A stretch of 64,000 nucleotides of DNA from Frankiales bacterium (GTDB taxonomy: Bacteria > Actinomycetota > Actinomycetes > Mycobacteriales > Geodermatophilaceae), in the NCBI GenBank assembly GCA_025465155.1, contig JAODNJ010000403.1, positions 367 through 64,366 on the forward strand, read 5' to 3'. Positions 1 to 9,099 of this stretch are shown in pieces. Under the pieces are notes generated by a model that did no database searches, was not told the DNA's origin, and worked only from the letters and a program-made list of their open reading frames with translations. The translations under genes were made by a program, and so were the position numbers. Numbering within the stretch: position 1 is the stretch's first letter; every line of letters begins with the position of its first letter.

Positions 1-1197
1 CAGGCGCAGCTGTGCCGCGCCGTGCACCAGGAGTGTGGCCGGATCGACCCCGTCCAGGAGGGTGTCGGACAGGCCCTTGGGGCTGCGCAGGCCGAACAGG
101 ACGGCCGAATCGACCCCTGCCGCGCCCGCGTCGATCATGATCGTGCTCGAGCCCGCCACGGACAGCGCCAGCGCCAGATTGGAACTGGTCAGCATGGCCG
201 TACGGCCCGGGGTCGCGCTGCTCACCAGAATGGTGACCGGGTGCTGCGGCAGTGCCGCCACCGTCGCAGCACGCAGGCGCCGGTAGGCGTCGCTGACCTC
301 ACTCTTGGGCGCGTCGACCAGCGCGAGCCCATGCGCGGGGTCGTCGAACGGTGGAATGACGCTGAGCACTCGAAGACCGAGCCGCTCGACCCCCTCGGCC
401 GCACTGATGCGGCGCTCCAGCCGCGCACGGAGCATCGAGACGCCCAGTCCGATGAGGAGGCCGCCCACCAGGCCCCCGGCACCGCCCAGCAGGGTGCCGG
501 TCACCTTGCCGGCACTGCCCGGTAGCGCGGCCGGGGTGATGACCTGGCCGGGGTTCACGGTGGTGCTGGCGAGGTCGTTGGACTGCTCGTCGATGATGCC
601 GAGCTGGTTGGTGTAGGCACTGATGCGCTGGCTGAGGAAGGTGCGCTGGGAGCCGGTGGCGGCCGGCAGCCGTAGGGTCGCCGCCTGGAGCTCCTGCTGG
701 ACCCGCCTGGACTGGTCCTTGAGCTTGCTGAGCTTGCCGTCCAGGATGTTCTGCGTGCGCTGCCTGCGGTAGTCGAGATAGGACTCCGCGAAGGCCTGGG
801 CACCGGCGCGGGCGCTCTGCCGCGCCGAGCCGCTGAACGAGATGTTCAGGACCTGTGTGTTGGGCGGGTTGTCGACCGCGACCTGGGCCCGCAGCGCTGC
901 CGGATCACCGGCGCGCAGCCGGTCGCGCGCCATCTTCGCGACCGCGTCGGTGCTGACCAGCTGTGCCTCGGTGCCGAGGTTGACGATGTCGTCGCCCCGT
1001 CCGATGGGAGAGTAGGGATTGCCCTCGAGGGGAGCCACGAGGACCGAGGCCGACGCTTTGTAGGACGCCGGCATGAGGAACCCGGCGGCCAGCCCCGCCA
1101 GCAGTCCGAGCAGGCCGATGAGCCCGATGAAGGTGCGATGCCTCGACACCACGGCGGCCAGCTGTCCCGGTGACGCCCCCGACTGGTCAGCCGCCAC
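1..1197 (-). CDS. Polysaccharide co-polymerase / chain-length determinant (Wzz/Wzc-like), 3' end runs off the window
   Basis: Not in the ORF track because there is no stop in the window. I translated it by hand from GTG 1197 with a GGAGG RBS: MAADQSGASPGQ... It has an N-terminal TM, YKASASVLV, a coiled-coil region, a second TM, then a BY-kinase-like domain (AYRRLRA...LVSSATPGRTAMLTSSNLA). Confidence 0.8.
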   Translation of the reverse strand, partial: MAADQSGASPGQLAAVVSRHRTFIGLIGLLGLLAGLAAGFLMPASYKASASVLVAPLEGNPYSPIGRGDDIVNLGTEAQLVSTDAVAKMARDRLRAGDPAALRAQVAVDNPPNTQVLNISFSGSARQSARAGAQAFAESYLDYRRQRTQNILDGKLSKLKDQSRRVQQELQAATLRLPAATGSQRTFLSQRISAYTNQLGIIDEQSNDLASTTVNPGQVITPAALPGSAGKVTGTLLGGAGGLVGGLLIGLGVSMLRARLERRISAAEGVERLGLRVLSVIPPFDDPAHGLALVDAPKSEVSDAYRRLRAATVAALPQHPVTILVSSATPGRTAMLTSSNLALALSVAGSSTIMIDAGAAGVDSAVLFGLRSPKGLSDTLLDGVDPATLLVHGAAQLRL

Positions 1198-1299
1198 GTT
1201 AGGTCCCCTCCGGGTGCTCGGCGGTCACATCGCGATGGCCGCTTGTTGGCAAGCAGATTATCGGCAGTTGACGCGCCGGTGGGGCGGGTCGAGCCGGGA

Positions 1300-2745
1300 T
1301 CACTTGCGGTGTCCCTGCTTTGCCCGATCGGTCAGAACGAGGCCACGGGGCGGCGCGGCGGCGTAGGCAAGGTAGGTCGCTCCCGCGATGAGCTGGCCAG
1401 CGGACAGGCCGCCGAGCTCCACCACCACGAAGGTGAGATCGCAGACCGCCGTCAGGGTAGCGGTTTCGGGGGTGTGCAGTGACGGCCCCGTGACGACCAC
1501 CAGATCCGCGTCGCGCCCCGCCTTGCGCACGGCCGCCGACAGGTGCCGGTCGCCGCCGGCCGGGATCGTCGTCACACTGGTCCGGCCACTGGCCCGCGTC
1601 CGCCATTCGTGCTCGGGCCCGGACTCGACGTCGTCAAGCGAGTCGTCCCGCGCGGCCTCTTCGATCCCGACCAGCAGGAGCGTGGTGGACATCCCCCCTT
1701 GGGCGCACACCGAGACGAGCGTTCTCGCCATCGCCTCGGTCGCGGCACCGGCCGCGCCGCTGAGCAGAACCGTCGTCGCCTTCTCCTCCTGGATGACGTT
1801 GCGCAGCCTCCGGCAGGCCTCCCGGAGCCCGTCGGTCCCGTTGCGGTCCTCGGCGAGCACGGGCACCGTGACCGTGCGCCGCACGTCGGCCGAGGACCGG
1901 ATGCGCCGCGGCCGGCGGTCCTGCACCAGGCCGAGCAGGAGGCCTGTCAGCAGCCCGATGCCGAGCCAGCTGCTCAACGTCACGTCGGCGCGCCGGCTGT
2001 CGGGGCCCAGCGGGAGGTTCGCGCTGTCCACCACCTCACCGGACTGCAGGCTCTTGTCGTCGTTCTGCGCGAGTTGCCGCTGGATCGTGGCGATCTGCTT
2101 GTTGATCATCTGGCGGCGGCCACGGGCGGTCAGCCGGGCGATGTCGGTCGGCCTGCCGTCGATGACGCGCACCTGCGCCCGCAGCAGAGACAGGTTGCGC
2201 TGGAGCGTCTCGCGGTTGCGGGCCTGGATGCCCGCGACGATCTGTTTGCGAAGCCCGAGGTAGCTCTTGGCGAGCGTGCGGGCGCCGTTGCGCGCGTCCT
2301 TGGCGGTGTGCGCACGGACCTTGATGGACAGGACCCGGGTGTAGGCCGGAACGATGATGGAGATGCGTTTCTTCAGCCGCTCTCGATCGAGCCGGAAGCC
2401 GCGGACCGTGGCCAGCCGGCGGAGCGTCGCGTCCGAGAGGGCGATCTGCGCCTCGGTGTCCATGGTCGACTCACGTGGTGGCCTGGGGTCTTCCGCGGTG
2501 GGGACGCTTCCCAGCACTGGCGCGCCCGAATGCAGTGCCACGGGCGGAGCGAAGATGGCCACGGTCGAGGTGTAGGTCCGCTGGCTGAAACCCAGGCGAA
2601 GCCCGCCCACCGCGATGCCGAGGACCAAGGCGAGGGCCACGACCCGGCCGTTGCGCCGTAGGAACGCTCCGTAGCGGCCGAACGGAACGGCGTCCGGGGT
2701 CCCTCCGGACGGCCCGGAGGTACGGACCTCGAACCCGTTGACCAT
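1300..2745 (-). CDS. Second polysaccharide co-polymerase / chain-length determinant with a degenerate kinase-like C-terminus
   Basis: ORF 1300..2793; ATG 2745 chosen because it lies 8 nt past the upstream stop. TM-YTSTVAIF...TEAQIALS...coiled coil-TM architecture, then EACRRLRN and a P-loop-like segment lacking GK[ST]. Confidence 0.75.
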   Translation of the reverse strand: MVNGFEVRTSGPSGGTPDAVPFGRYGAFLRRNGRVVALALVLGIAVGGLRLGFSQRTYTSTVAIFAPPVALHSGAPVLGSVPTAEDPRPPRESTMDTEAQIALSDATLRRLATVRGFRLDRERLKKRISIIVPAYTRVLSIKVRAHTAKDARNGARTLAKSYLGLRKQIVAGIQARNRETLQRNLSLLRAQVRVIDGRPTDIARLTARGRRQMINKQIATIQRQLAQNDDKSLQSGEVVDSANLPLGPDSRRADVTLSSWLGIGLLTGLLLGLVQDRRPRRIRSSADVRRTVTVPVLAEDRNGTDGLREACRRLRNVIQEEKATTVLLSGAAGAATEAMARTLVSVCAQGGMSTTLLLVGIEEAARDDSLDDVESGPEHEWRTRASGRTSVTTIPAGGDRHLSAAVRKAGRDADLVVVTGPSLHTPETATLTAVCDLTFVVVELGGLSAGQLIAGATYLAYAAAPPRGLVLTDRAKQGHRK

Positions 2746-2752
2746 CGCCAGA

Positions 2753-3619
2753 TCACCGCCGCCAGGCCGGAACTTCGCCGAGGAGCGCGGCAAGCCTCTC
2801 GTCGTAGGAGGCGAAGTGCTCGGTCAGCCGGTTGCGAACGTCCTGCGGCATGGGCGACCGGGGCCGGGCGTTGTGCTGTTCGAAGGCGGCGGGACGCCGG
2901 CGCGGGAGCCCCAGAAACTCGATGACCCGGTCATGACAGGGCTCGGGGTCACTGAAGAAGTCCTCCGCGAAGACGACCAGCACGTTGTCACGGGGGAACA
3001 GCTCGAAGAGCGTTTCGAGCTGCTCGACGTAATGTCCTCGATCCACGTACGAGTGGTGACGGTGGCTGTGGCTCAGATAGGCCGGGTCGGCCTGGATCTT
3101 CGCGACCTCTCCGGCGAGCCGTTCCGGCTCGAGCTCGAGGGCCCGTTCGAAGGGCTCGGTCTCGAACCCGCGGGCCAGCTCATGCTTGTGTGCGGAGTAG
3201 GCGCGCTCCACCGGGTCCCGCAGGATGGCCAGCAGTTTCACCCCGGGCAGGTCCCTGGCGATGCGGGCGGGTGCCAGCGGGTGGTGCATGTAGTAACCCG
3301 CGGACTCGAACGCCAGCGGCCCGCCGGCGCCGTCTGTGGCGCGCCGGGCCGCCGCCCGGATGGGGAAATGCCCGCGGTACCAGCTCAGCCCGCGGTCATA
3401 GTGCACGTCGAAATAGTGCACGCCCTTGTGGAGGTTCGGGCCCGTGATGCCGGGGTGCTCGGCCAGCGCGCGGAACAACGAGGTGGTCCCACCGCGCTGA
3501 GTCCCCACCAGCAGGAAGTCGGGGAGCATCCGGGCACCCGAGGTGAGCCGCCCGGTGCCGCGGCTCACCGCCCGGCCGGCCTCCTTCGCCCACTGGGGCG
3601 CGTCGCGTCGCGAAATCAT
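2753..3619 (-). CDS. PAPS-dependent sulfotransferase (Sulfotransfer_1/3 fold, heparan-sulfate-ST-like motifs)
   Basis: 5'-PSB loop PDFLLVGTQRGGTTSL, KGVHYFD..YDRGLSWYR, and 3'-PB motif ILRDPVERAYS. ATG 3619 overlaps the upstream TGA (ATGA). Confidence 0.9.
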   Translation of the reverse strand: MISRRDAPQWAKEAGRAVSRGTGRLTSGARMLPDFLLVGTQRGGTTSLFRALAEHPGITGPNLHKGVHYFDVHYDRGLSWYRGHFPIRAAARRATDGAGGPLAFESAGYYMHHPLAPARIARDLPGVKLLAILRDPVERAYSAHKHELARGFETEPFERALELEPERLAGEVAKIQADPAYLSHSHRHHSYVDRGHYVEQLETLFELFPRDNVLVVFAEDFFSDPEPCHDRVIEFLGLPRRRPAAFEQHNARPRSPMPQDVRNRLTEHFASYDERLAALLGEVPAWRR

Positions 3620-4821
3620 GTGACCCTTCCGGCATTGTTCTCGAGCAGCGTGAGGAGACGGTCCGCCTGGGGCCGAAGCGGCGCGCCGATCGGGCCCTGC
3701 GCGGCAAGCTCGTAGCGCCGGCACAGTTCCAGGAAGTAGAGCTCGACGGTGGCCTCGGCGCCGGCACCGGTGATCCCGAGCTCGGCGAGTGACGCCGCGG
3801 CTCCTGCCGGCCACTCGGTGTAGGGCTCGACGGCCGCCGAGCGCATCGCCTCCTGCAGCCGGTAGTGCAGCAGGTCCAGCCCGGCGGGCACGCCCCGGGC
3901 GAAGCGCTCCCAGTCCCACAAGCGCACCGTGCCGCGATGCCAGGCCATGTTCCACGGGGTCCAGTCGCCATGCCAGGCGCCGAAGTCCAGTGTCCGCGCG
4001 CCATGGACCTGCGCTGCCCGCTCGATTACCGCGGTGAGCCTGCGGGCCCGCGCCTGGTCGGTGAGTCGCCCCGGGACCGCGGAGATCTGCTCCCAGAACC
4101 GGCTGTCGGCGAGTGGACCTCTGCTCAGGCCCGCCACGGCGAACAGCGACCGCATCGCCGCCAAGGGGACGCTGCCGCGGGGACGCCAGCCACGGGCACT
4201 CGTCGGCAACGGCGACAGCACCAAGAGCGTCATCTCGTTCCACGGGCCGTGATGGAGGACCTCCGGTATGGCCACTCCCGGTATCGGCCGGCCGGCGAGA
4301 TACTCCAGCGCCGCCGCCTCCTGTGCGATGAGCTCCCTGGCCATGGCGGTATCGCCGACCTTGACGAACGCGGCCGGGCGTCCGGAGGAGGTCAGCGCGT
4401 GCAGGATCGGTTTGCGGTTGGCCCGTGCCGGGCCGAGTCCCACGCTGACCACGACCGGCCGGCCGAGGAGCTCGCTGAGCCGGTCCTCGACGGACTGTTC
4501 GCCCTCGCCCGTCAGCCGGAGCCGGTCGCGAAGGGTCCGCTGGGGCAGCCCGGTGCGCAGTGCGGTGGCGGTGACGCTCCGCGACAGCCGCTGGGGGATG
4601 GTGAGGTCGTGGCTGTAGCGGCGCAGCGCGGCAGCGGCATGGCGGGATCTCGCCGGCAACAGCAGCCGGGGCCGTTCGGCGTCCGGCAGGAACGTGAGCT
4701 CCCGCCGATCCGCGCCTTCGCCGGCCGCGCCGGGTCCTACGAGCTCGACGCGCGTCCCCGGCCACAGCGCCGCGACGGTCTCCACCCACGCCTGCGCGGC
4801 CCCGGCCGTACGCTCGTTCAT
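3616..4821 (-). CDS. APH/choline-kinase-like phosphotransferase
   Basis: AFVKVG (ATP-binding Lys), HGDWTPWN catalytic loop, LWDWE metal-binding motif. ATGA-coupled on both sides. Confidence 0.75.
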   Translation of the reverse strand: MNERTAGAAQAWVETVAALWPGTRVELVGPGAAGEGADRRELTFLPDAERPRLLLPARSRHAAAALRRYSHDLTIPQRLSRSVTATALRTGLPQRTLRDRLRLTGEGEQSVEDRLSELLGRPVVVSVGLGPARANRKPILHALTSSGRPAAFVKVGDTAMARELIAQEAAALEYLAGRPIPGVAIPEVLHHGPWNEMTLLVLSPLPTSARGWRPRGSVPLAAMRSLFAVAGLSRGPLADSRFWEQISAVPGRLTDQARARRLTAVIERAAQVHGARTLDFGAWHGDWTPWNMAWHRGTVRLWDWERFARGVPAGLDLLHYRLQEAMRSAAVEPYTEWPAGAAASLAELGITGAGAEATVELYFLELCRRYELAAQGPIGAPLRPQADRLLTLLENNAGRVT

Positions 4822-6194
4822 CGGAGGCGTTCCCGGGGCTCGTCGCGCTGCGCTCGCCACATGAGCGCGACCGCGATCATCACGGTGTACAGCGGAACCT
4901 CCACCAGGTCATAGATGAACAGGAACAGCCCACAGGAGAGCACCGCACAACAGCCCGCCATGCCGTAGGCGGATCTGTCCCGCCAGTGGCGAACGAACCG
5001 TACGGAGAAGAACGCCAGGAACATCACGGTACCGACCAGGCCGTTGGCGAAGATCAGCAACCAGATGTGGCCCTGCGTTCCGAGCGGCGGGGCACCGCAG
5101 GCCTTGCAGCCCGGCCGGCTCCCGCCGCCGAGCGTCTCGAGGTTGCCCTGCACGTTGCGCGTGGAGCCGAAGCCGACCACGGGTGAGCCGCTGAGCGCGC
5201 TGCGCACGGTGTGCTCGGCCAGCATGTATCTGCGGTTGTTGCTGTGCGGGTTGTCCAGACGTTTCTGGATCATCCCCGGCAGCGGTGAGAACGCGAACAC
5301 GATGCCGCCCATGGTGAGGGCCACGAGCGTCCACGCGATGGCCCGTCCACCGCGCCACAAGATCATCTTGAACGCGACGAAGACGGCGATGAGTCCGAGC
5401 GCCACCCACAGCCCCCGGTCCAGGGAGTAGACGACCGGCCACAGCGACGCGAGGAGGATGGGCACCGCCAGCAGCCGGCGCCACCGGTCACCCCGGACGA
5501 TCCAGGTGATGCCGAAGTACGGGAGGAAGAACGCGTAGGCCGCGCCCCAGGTGTTGGCATAGGCGAACGGCGCCATCGGGCGGGCCTGCGCCGAGCCGGT
5601 GATGGTCTCGATGGTGGCCGTCTTGGGATGGATCGCGTCGAGGAGGAACCCGTTCGTGGCCAGCCCGTGCGGGAGAACCGTCTCGACGAGCGAGGTCAGC
5701 TGCAGATGGGGATAGAAGGAGCCGAGCAGCCCCCCGGCGGTGGTCACGACGAACATGTAGGCCAGCAGCCGGCCGATCCGGTCGCTCGGGAGCTCGTCCT
5801 CACGCAGGTTGCCGACATAGAGCAACGCGATCGTGCAGGACGCGTACCAGGCCATGCGCCAGCCGAAGACCAAGGCCCTGCTGATGCCGCCGCCGGGTAC
5901 CGCCCCGGGGGCGTCGGCCCACAGCACCGCGATCCCGAGCAGGGCCCACGTCAGGAACAGCAGCCAGGCTCCGAAACCGCGCGGGACCACCAGGCTCGCT
6001 CGCCGGCGGTAGAGGAACACCGCCATCGGCACAGCCATGATCATGAAGATCAGCGCGCCGAGGCCCAGCACCCACCACAGGGGGAAACCGATGAACACCA
6101 CGGACAGGGGCCAGCCCGCTCGGGACCGGGGCCCTCTCGGCCCGGTGACCTCGGCCGGCGGCGGCGCGGTGATCGGTGTCGTCGCAGTCACCAT
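4818..6194 (-). CDS. wzy: Wzy/O-antigen-ligase-family polymerase
   Basis: About 10-12 hydrophobic segments, ARPMAPFAYANTWG, SLDRGLW, and a late loop with SPVVGFG...GTQGHIW, typical of Wzy_C proteins. Confidence 0.8.
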   Translation of the reverse strand: MVTATTPITAPPPAEVTGPRGPRSRAGWPLSVVFIGFPLWWVLGLGALIFMIMAVPMAVFLYRRRASLVVPRGFGAWLLFLTWALLGIAVLWADAPGAVPGGGISRALVFGWRMAWYASCTIALLYVGNLREDELPSDRIGRLLAYMFVVTTAGGLLGSFYPHLQLTSLVETVLPHGLATNGFLLDAIHPKTATIETITGSAQARPMAPFAYANTWGAAYAFFLPYFGITWIVRGDRWRRLLAVPILLASLWPVVYSLDRGLWVALGLIAVFVAFKMILWRGGRAIAWTLVALTMGGIVFAFSPLPGMIQKRLDNPHSNNRRYMLAEHTVRSALSGSPVVGFGSTRNVQGNLETLGGGSRPGCKACGAPPLGTQGHIWLLIFANGLVGTVMFLAFFSVRFVRHWRDRSAYGMAGCCAVLSCGLFLFIYDLVEVPLYTVMIAVALMWRAQRDEPRERLR

Positions 6195-6369
6195 CCGGAT
6201 CCCGTCCCCGCGCCGTGAACGGCCCGTCCCTGTGTGTCCTTGCTCGGCCGGTCCCCGCCGACCGGCGTTGGGGGGTGCTCGTCCGCCGGGCGAACTGTAC
6301 CGCCCAGGAGGCCGGCCCGGCGGGGCGTCCGCCGGCCGGGTCCGGGCCTGCGGCGCTGCGGCCGGCCGG

Positions 6370-7530
6370 TCAGGGGTTGAACACCGGGTCTCGCCCGAGC
6401 CTGCGGAAGGCGCGGAGTGTCTGCGGGTCGGTGTGGATCTGCGAGTCGCCGAGGCCGCCGTGCGGGGCCTCGAAGTAGACGAGTGCCTTGAGCCGCGGAT
6501 AGTTCCTGATCTGGGCGCCCACGCTCTGGAAGAAGGCGACCCTTTCCTCCGCAGTGGTCTTGTCCTGTAGGACTCCCCACTCCGCGATCATCAACGGCTT
6601 GCCCGGCATATGGCTCTTCGACCAGGAGTAGAAGCCCGGATAGCCCTGGTCATGCTCCAGCGGCGCGGCCTTGTCGATGAGCGAGGCGAAGTCGGGGGTG
6701 TGCTCGGCACCCTTGACATAGGGGTCGAAGGCGACCCAGTCCACCACGTCCGCGCCGGGGTAGAGCTGCATGAACCAGGGCTTGACGGTCCAGTTGGAAT
6801 AGCCGCGGTAGGCGACCGTGAAGAGCGCGTTGTGCACGCCGTTCTTGCGGAACCGCTGCACGACGTGCCGGAACATCCGGCTGTAGTCCGCGGGCGTGTA
6901 GCCCGAATCCGTCTTGAACCGGACCTCCTCCTCGGGCTCGTGATGGATCACCAGCCAGAACCGCTCCGGATAGGTCGCCTTGATGTGCGCGGACAGCCGG
7001 TCGATGTGCGCGTCCATGGAGCCGCCGGCGACCTGGGCCCAGGTCTGCCCCTCGTCGGGCTTCCAGTTCAGCAGGAGCTTGCGCTCCTTGCCGGGCTCGC
7101 GGGCGATGGCGATCTCGGCCGGCGTGGGGAAGAGCTGCTTGCCCTTGTGGAAGTAGTGGAAGACGTCGACGGTCCGGCCGGTCCGCCGCTCGAAGGTGCT
7201 GAGGGCCTGCCGGGGGTGCTCGCCGCTGAAGGCTCCCGGCGTCACCCCCCACCACACCCCGCACGACGGCACGAGGAGGGCGGACACCGTGCAGTTGCGC
7301 GCTTTGCCGCCGGCCGTTCCGGTCGCGGACCCGCCGGCGGGTGCGCCGTGCGTCCCCTGGCCGGCCGGCGTGGAATACAGCGGGTTGGCGGACGCGCTCG
7401 GGGAGCCGGAGTCGACGACCGCGATCCCGACGGCCAGGGCACAGGCCGTCGCGCCCGCCGCGGCGAGGCCTCCCCAGAGCCACGTGCGGCCTTTGGACCT
7501 TGACCGGCGGCGGTTCTGTGGGGCAGTCAT
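6370..7530 (-). CDS. Membrane-anchored/secreted glycoside hydrolase, GH26-like
   Basis: N-terminal basic stretch plus TM, LLLNWKP, IHHEPE (acid/base), DVVDWVAFDPY, KPLMIAEWG (nucleophile). Confidence 0.75.
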   Translation of the reverse strand: MTAPQNRRRSRSKGRTWLWGGLAAAGATACALAVGIAVVDSGSPSASANPLYSTPAGQGTHGAPAGGSATGTAGGKARNCTVSALLVPSCGVWWGVTPGAFSGEHPRQALSTFERRTGRTVDVFHYFHKGKQLFPTPAEIAIAREPGKERKLLLNWKPDEGQTWAQVAGGSMDAHIDRLSAHIKATYPERFWLVIHHEPEEEVRFKTDSGYTPADYSRMFRHVVQRFRKNGVHNALFTVAYRGYSNWTVKPWFMQLYPGADVVDWVAFDPYVKGAEHTPDFASLIDKAAPLEHDQGYPGFYSWSKSHMPGKPLMIAEWGVLQDKTTAEERVAFFQSVGAQIRNYPRLKALVYFEAPHGGLGDSQIHTDPQTLRAFRRLGRDPVFNP

Positions 7531-7592
7531 GGCGGTGAATCATAGTTACACCGCAATGGCCGGGCCACCCGGATCGCGGCTTTGGTCGAACG

Positions 7593-7629
7593 GCGAAGGG
7601 CCACCGAGGCGTCCTCGGTGGCCCTTCGC
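7593..7629. terminator. Perfect 17-bp stem-loop between the beta-propeller and GH26 genes (terminator or intercistronic stabiliser)
   Basis: GCGAAGGGCCACCGAGG-cgt-CCTCGGTGGCCCTTCGC; no U-tract. Confidence 0.6.
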
Positions 7630-7651
7630 GGACAATTGTGCTTCAGCCGGT

Positions 7652-8920
7652 TCAGGGAAGCGGGAAGAATCCGACCCTGCCGTGGAACTCGTGGCCGAGC
7701 TGGTCGGTGTCGCTGCCGACCCAGAGTCCCGCGGACGTGGCGACGAGGGCCTCCACACCGTGTCCGCGCGAGCGGGTCGGGTTCCAGGGGAGGGCTTTGC
7801 CGTCGGTGGGGCTGAGCGCGGCGATCCCGGGCCGCTCGACCGCTCCCGCACCGGCGGAGTCGCTGCCGTACGGGTTGTTCTGCCAGCGCTGGTGACCACC
7901 GACGTAGACGGCGGCTCCGGTGACCGAGACCGCCAGCAGGGTGTCGCCACCGGTCCAGTTCACCCACGTCGGCTGCAGCCTGGAGCCCGTGGCGTTGGTC
8001 TCCCACCGGGCCGCGCTGTCGCACAGCTGTGTGGTGCCGCCGGGGCCCCCGGTCGTCACGACCACGAAGTAGGAGCCGTCGGGGGAGAAGTCCATGCCCC
8101 GCATGTAGGTGTCGAAGGAGTTCGGGTTGCACGGCGTCGCGTATCGCTCGGTCGACCAGGTCGTCAGCGCCGCCGGCTTGGCGGTCGTGTCGATCATCGC
8201 GATCTGGTAACGGCGCTGACCGGACACCATCGTGAAGGTCCCGTTGATGAGCAGGCGGGTGTCCTGCGGGTTCACGGCCAGCTTGAAGATCTTGAGGTCA
8301 CCCTGGCGCGGGGTGCTCACGTTCAGGTTGAAGTTGTCGTCGACATTGCCGGTGGTCGCGTCGACCCGGGCCAGGATGGTGCGCGGCTTGGTCGCGACCT
8401 TGGTGAACCTGCCGCCGATGTAAATGTGGGCGTTGCGCCGGATCATCGTGAAGACGAGGCCGCCGCCGACCCGCGGCTTGAACGTGGTGACGGCCGTGCC
8501 GGAGGCCACCTTGAGCTGCGCCAGGGCGCCGAGGTCGACGCCGTTCACGCTGCCGAACGAGCCGGCGGTGTAGATGGTGTCCGCCGGGCCGGGCTCGAGG
8601 GCGTAGACGGTGCCGTTCAGCTTCGGCGCGAAGGTCGCGTCGACCTTCCCGGTCTTGAGGTCGAAGGAGAAGATGTTGTGCCGGGCGATGTCCGGCTTGG
8701 CCTTGCCCGCCTCGCGGACCTTCTCGAAGTTGCCGCCCACGACGACCTTGCCGCCGACCACAGCGACGGCCCGGACGGTGCCGTCGAGGACGTGGGGGGT
8801 GGTGTCCGACGGGTTCGCGGACACCACGGCGGACTGTTTGAGATCCGCATTGGCGGCTGGTATGACGCTCACGGTGGTCGCGAGGACCGCGGCCGCCACC
8901 GCGAAGAGACGTCGGCGCAT
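7652..8920 (-). CDS. Secreted beta-propeller protein (delta-60/PKD-associated type)
   Basis: Sec signal (MRRRLFAVAAA...ANA) and repeated blades ending in GGxF/GTF/AGSF/GG.Q. Confidence 0.7.
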   Translation of the reverse strand: MRRRLFAVAAAVLATTVSVIPAANADLKQSAVVSANPSDTTPHVLDGTVRAVAVVGGKVVVGGNFEKVREAGKAKPDIARHNIFSFDLKTGKVDATFAPKLNGTVYALEPGPADTIYTAGSFGSVNGVDLGALAQLKVASGTAVTTFKPRVGGGLVFTMIRRNAHIYIGGRFTKVATKPRTILARVDATTGNVDDNFNLNVSTPRQGDLKIFKLAVNPQDTRLLINGTFTMVSGQRRYQIAMIDTTAKPAALTTWSTERYATPCNPNSFDTYMRGMDFSPDGSYFVVVTTGGPGGTTQLCDSAARWETNATGSRLQPTWVNWTGGDTLLAVSVTGAAVYVGGHQRWQNNPYGSDSAGAGAVERPGIAALSPTDGKALPWNPTRSRGHGVEALVATSAGLWVGSDTDQLGHEFHGRVGFFPLP

Positions 8921-9099
8921 AAGGCTTCCTTAAGGAGCGCTGGCAAGAGGTCGGCATGATGATGGCACATATCCGGCGGAGCGGGTCCTCCGTTTGCGCG
9001 ATCGAGATGTTCGGGCAGTTGTTTGGGTCCTGCAATGGAATACCAGGTAAAGGATCAATACGCGGATGGCGCGGTAGGCCGCTGTGGCACACTGCTTCG

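Noticed and set aside
2753-4789. 678-aa ORF as one long sulfotransferase
   Set aside because: The upstream 390 codons overlap the kinase gene in another frame and are Arg/Pro/Gly-rich noise; the real start is ATG 3619.
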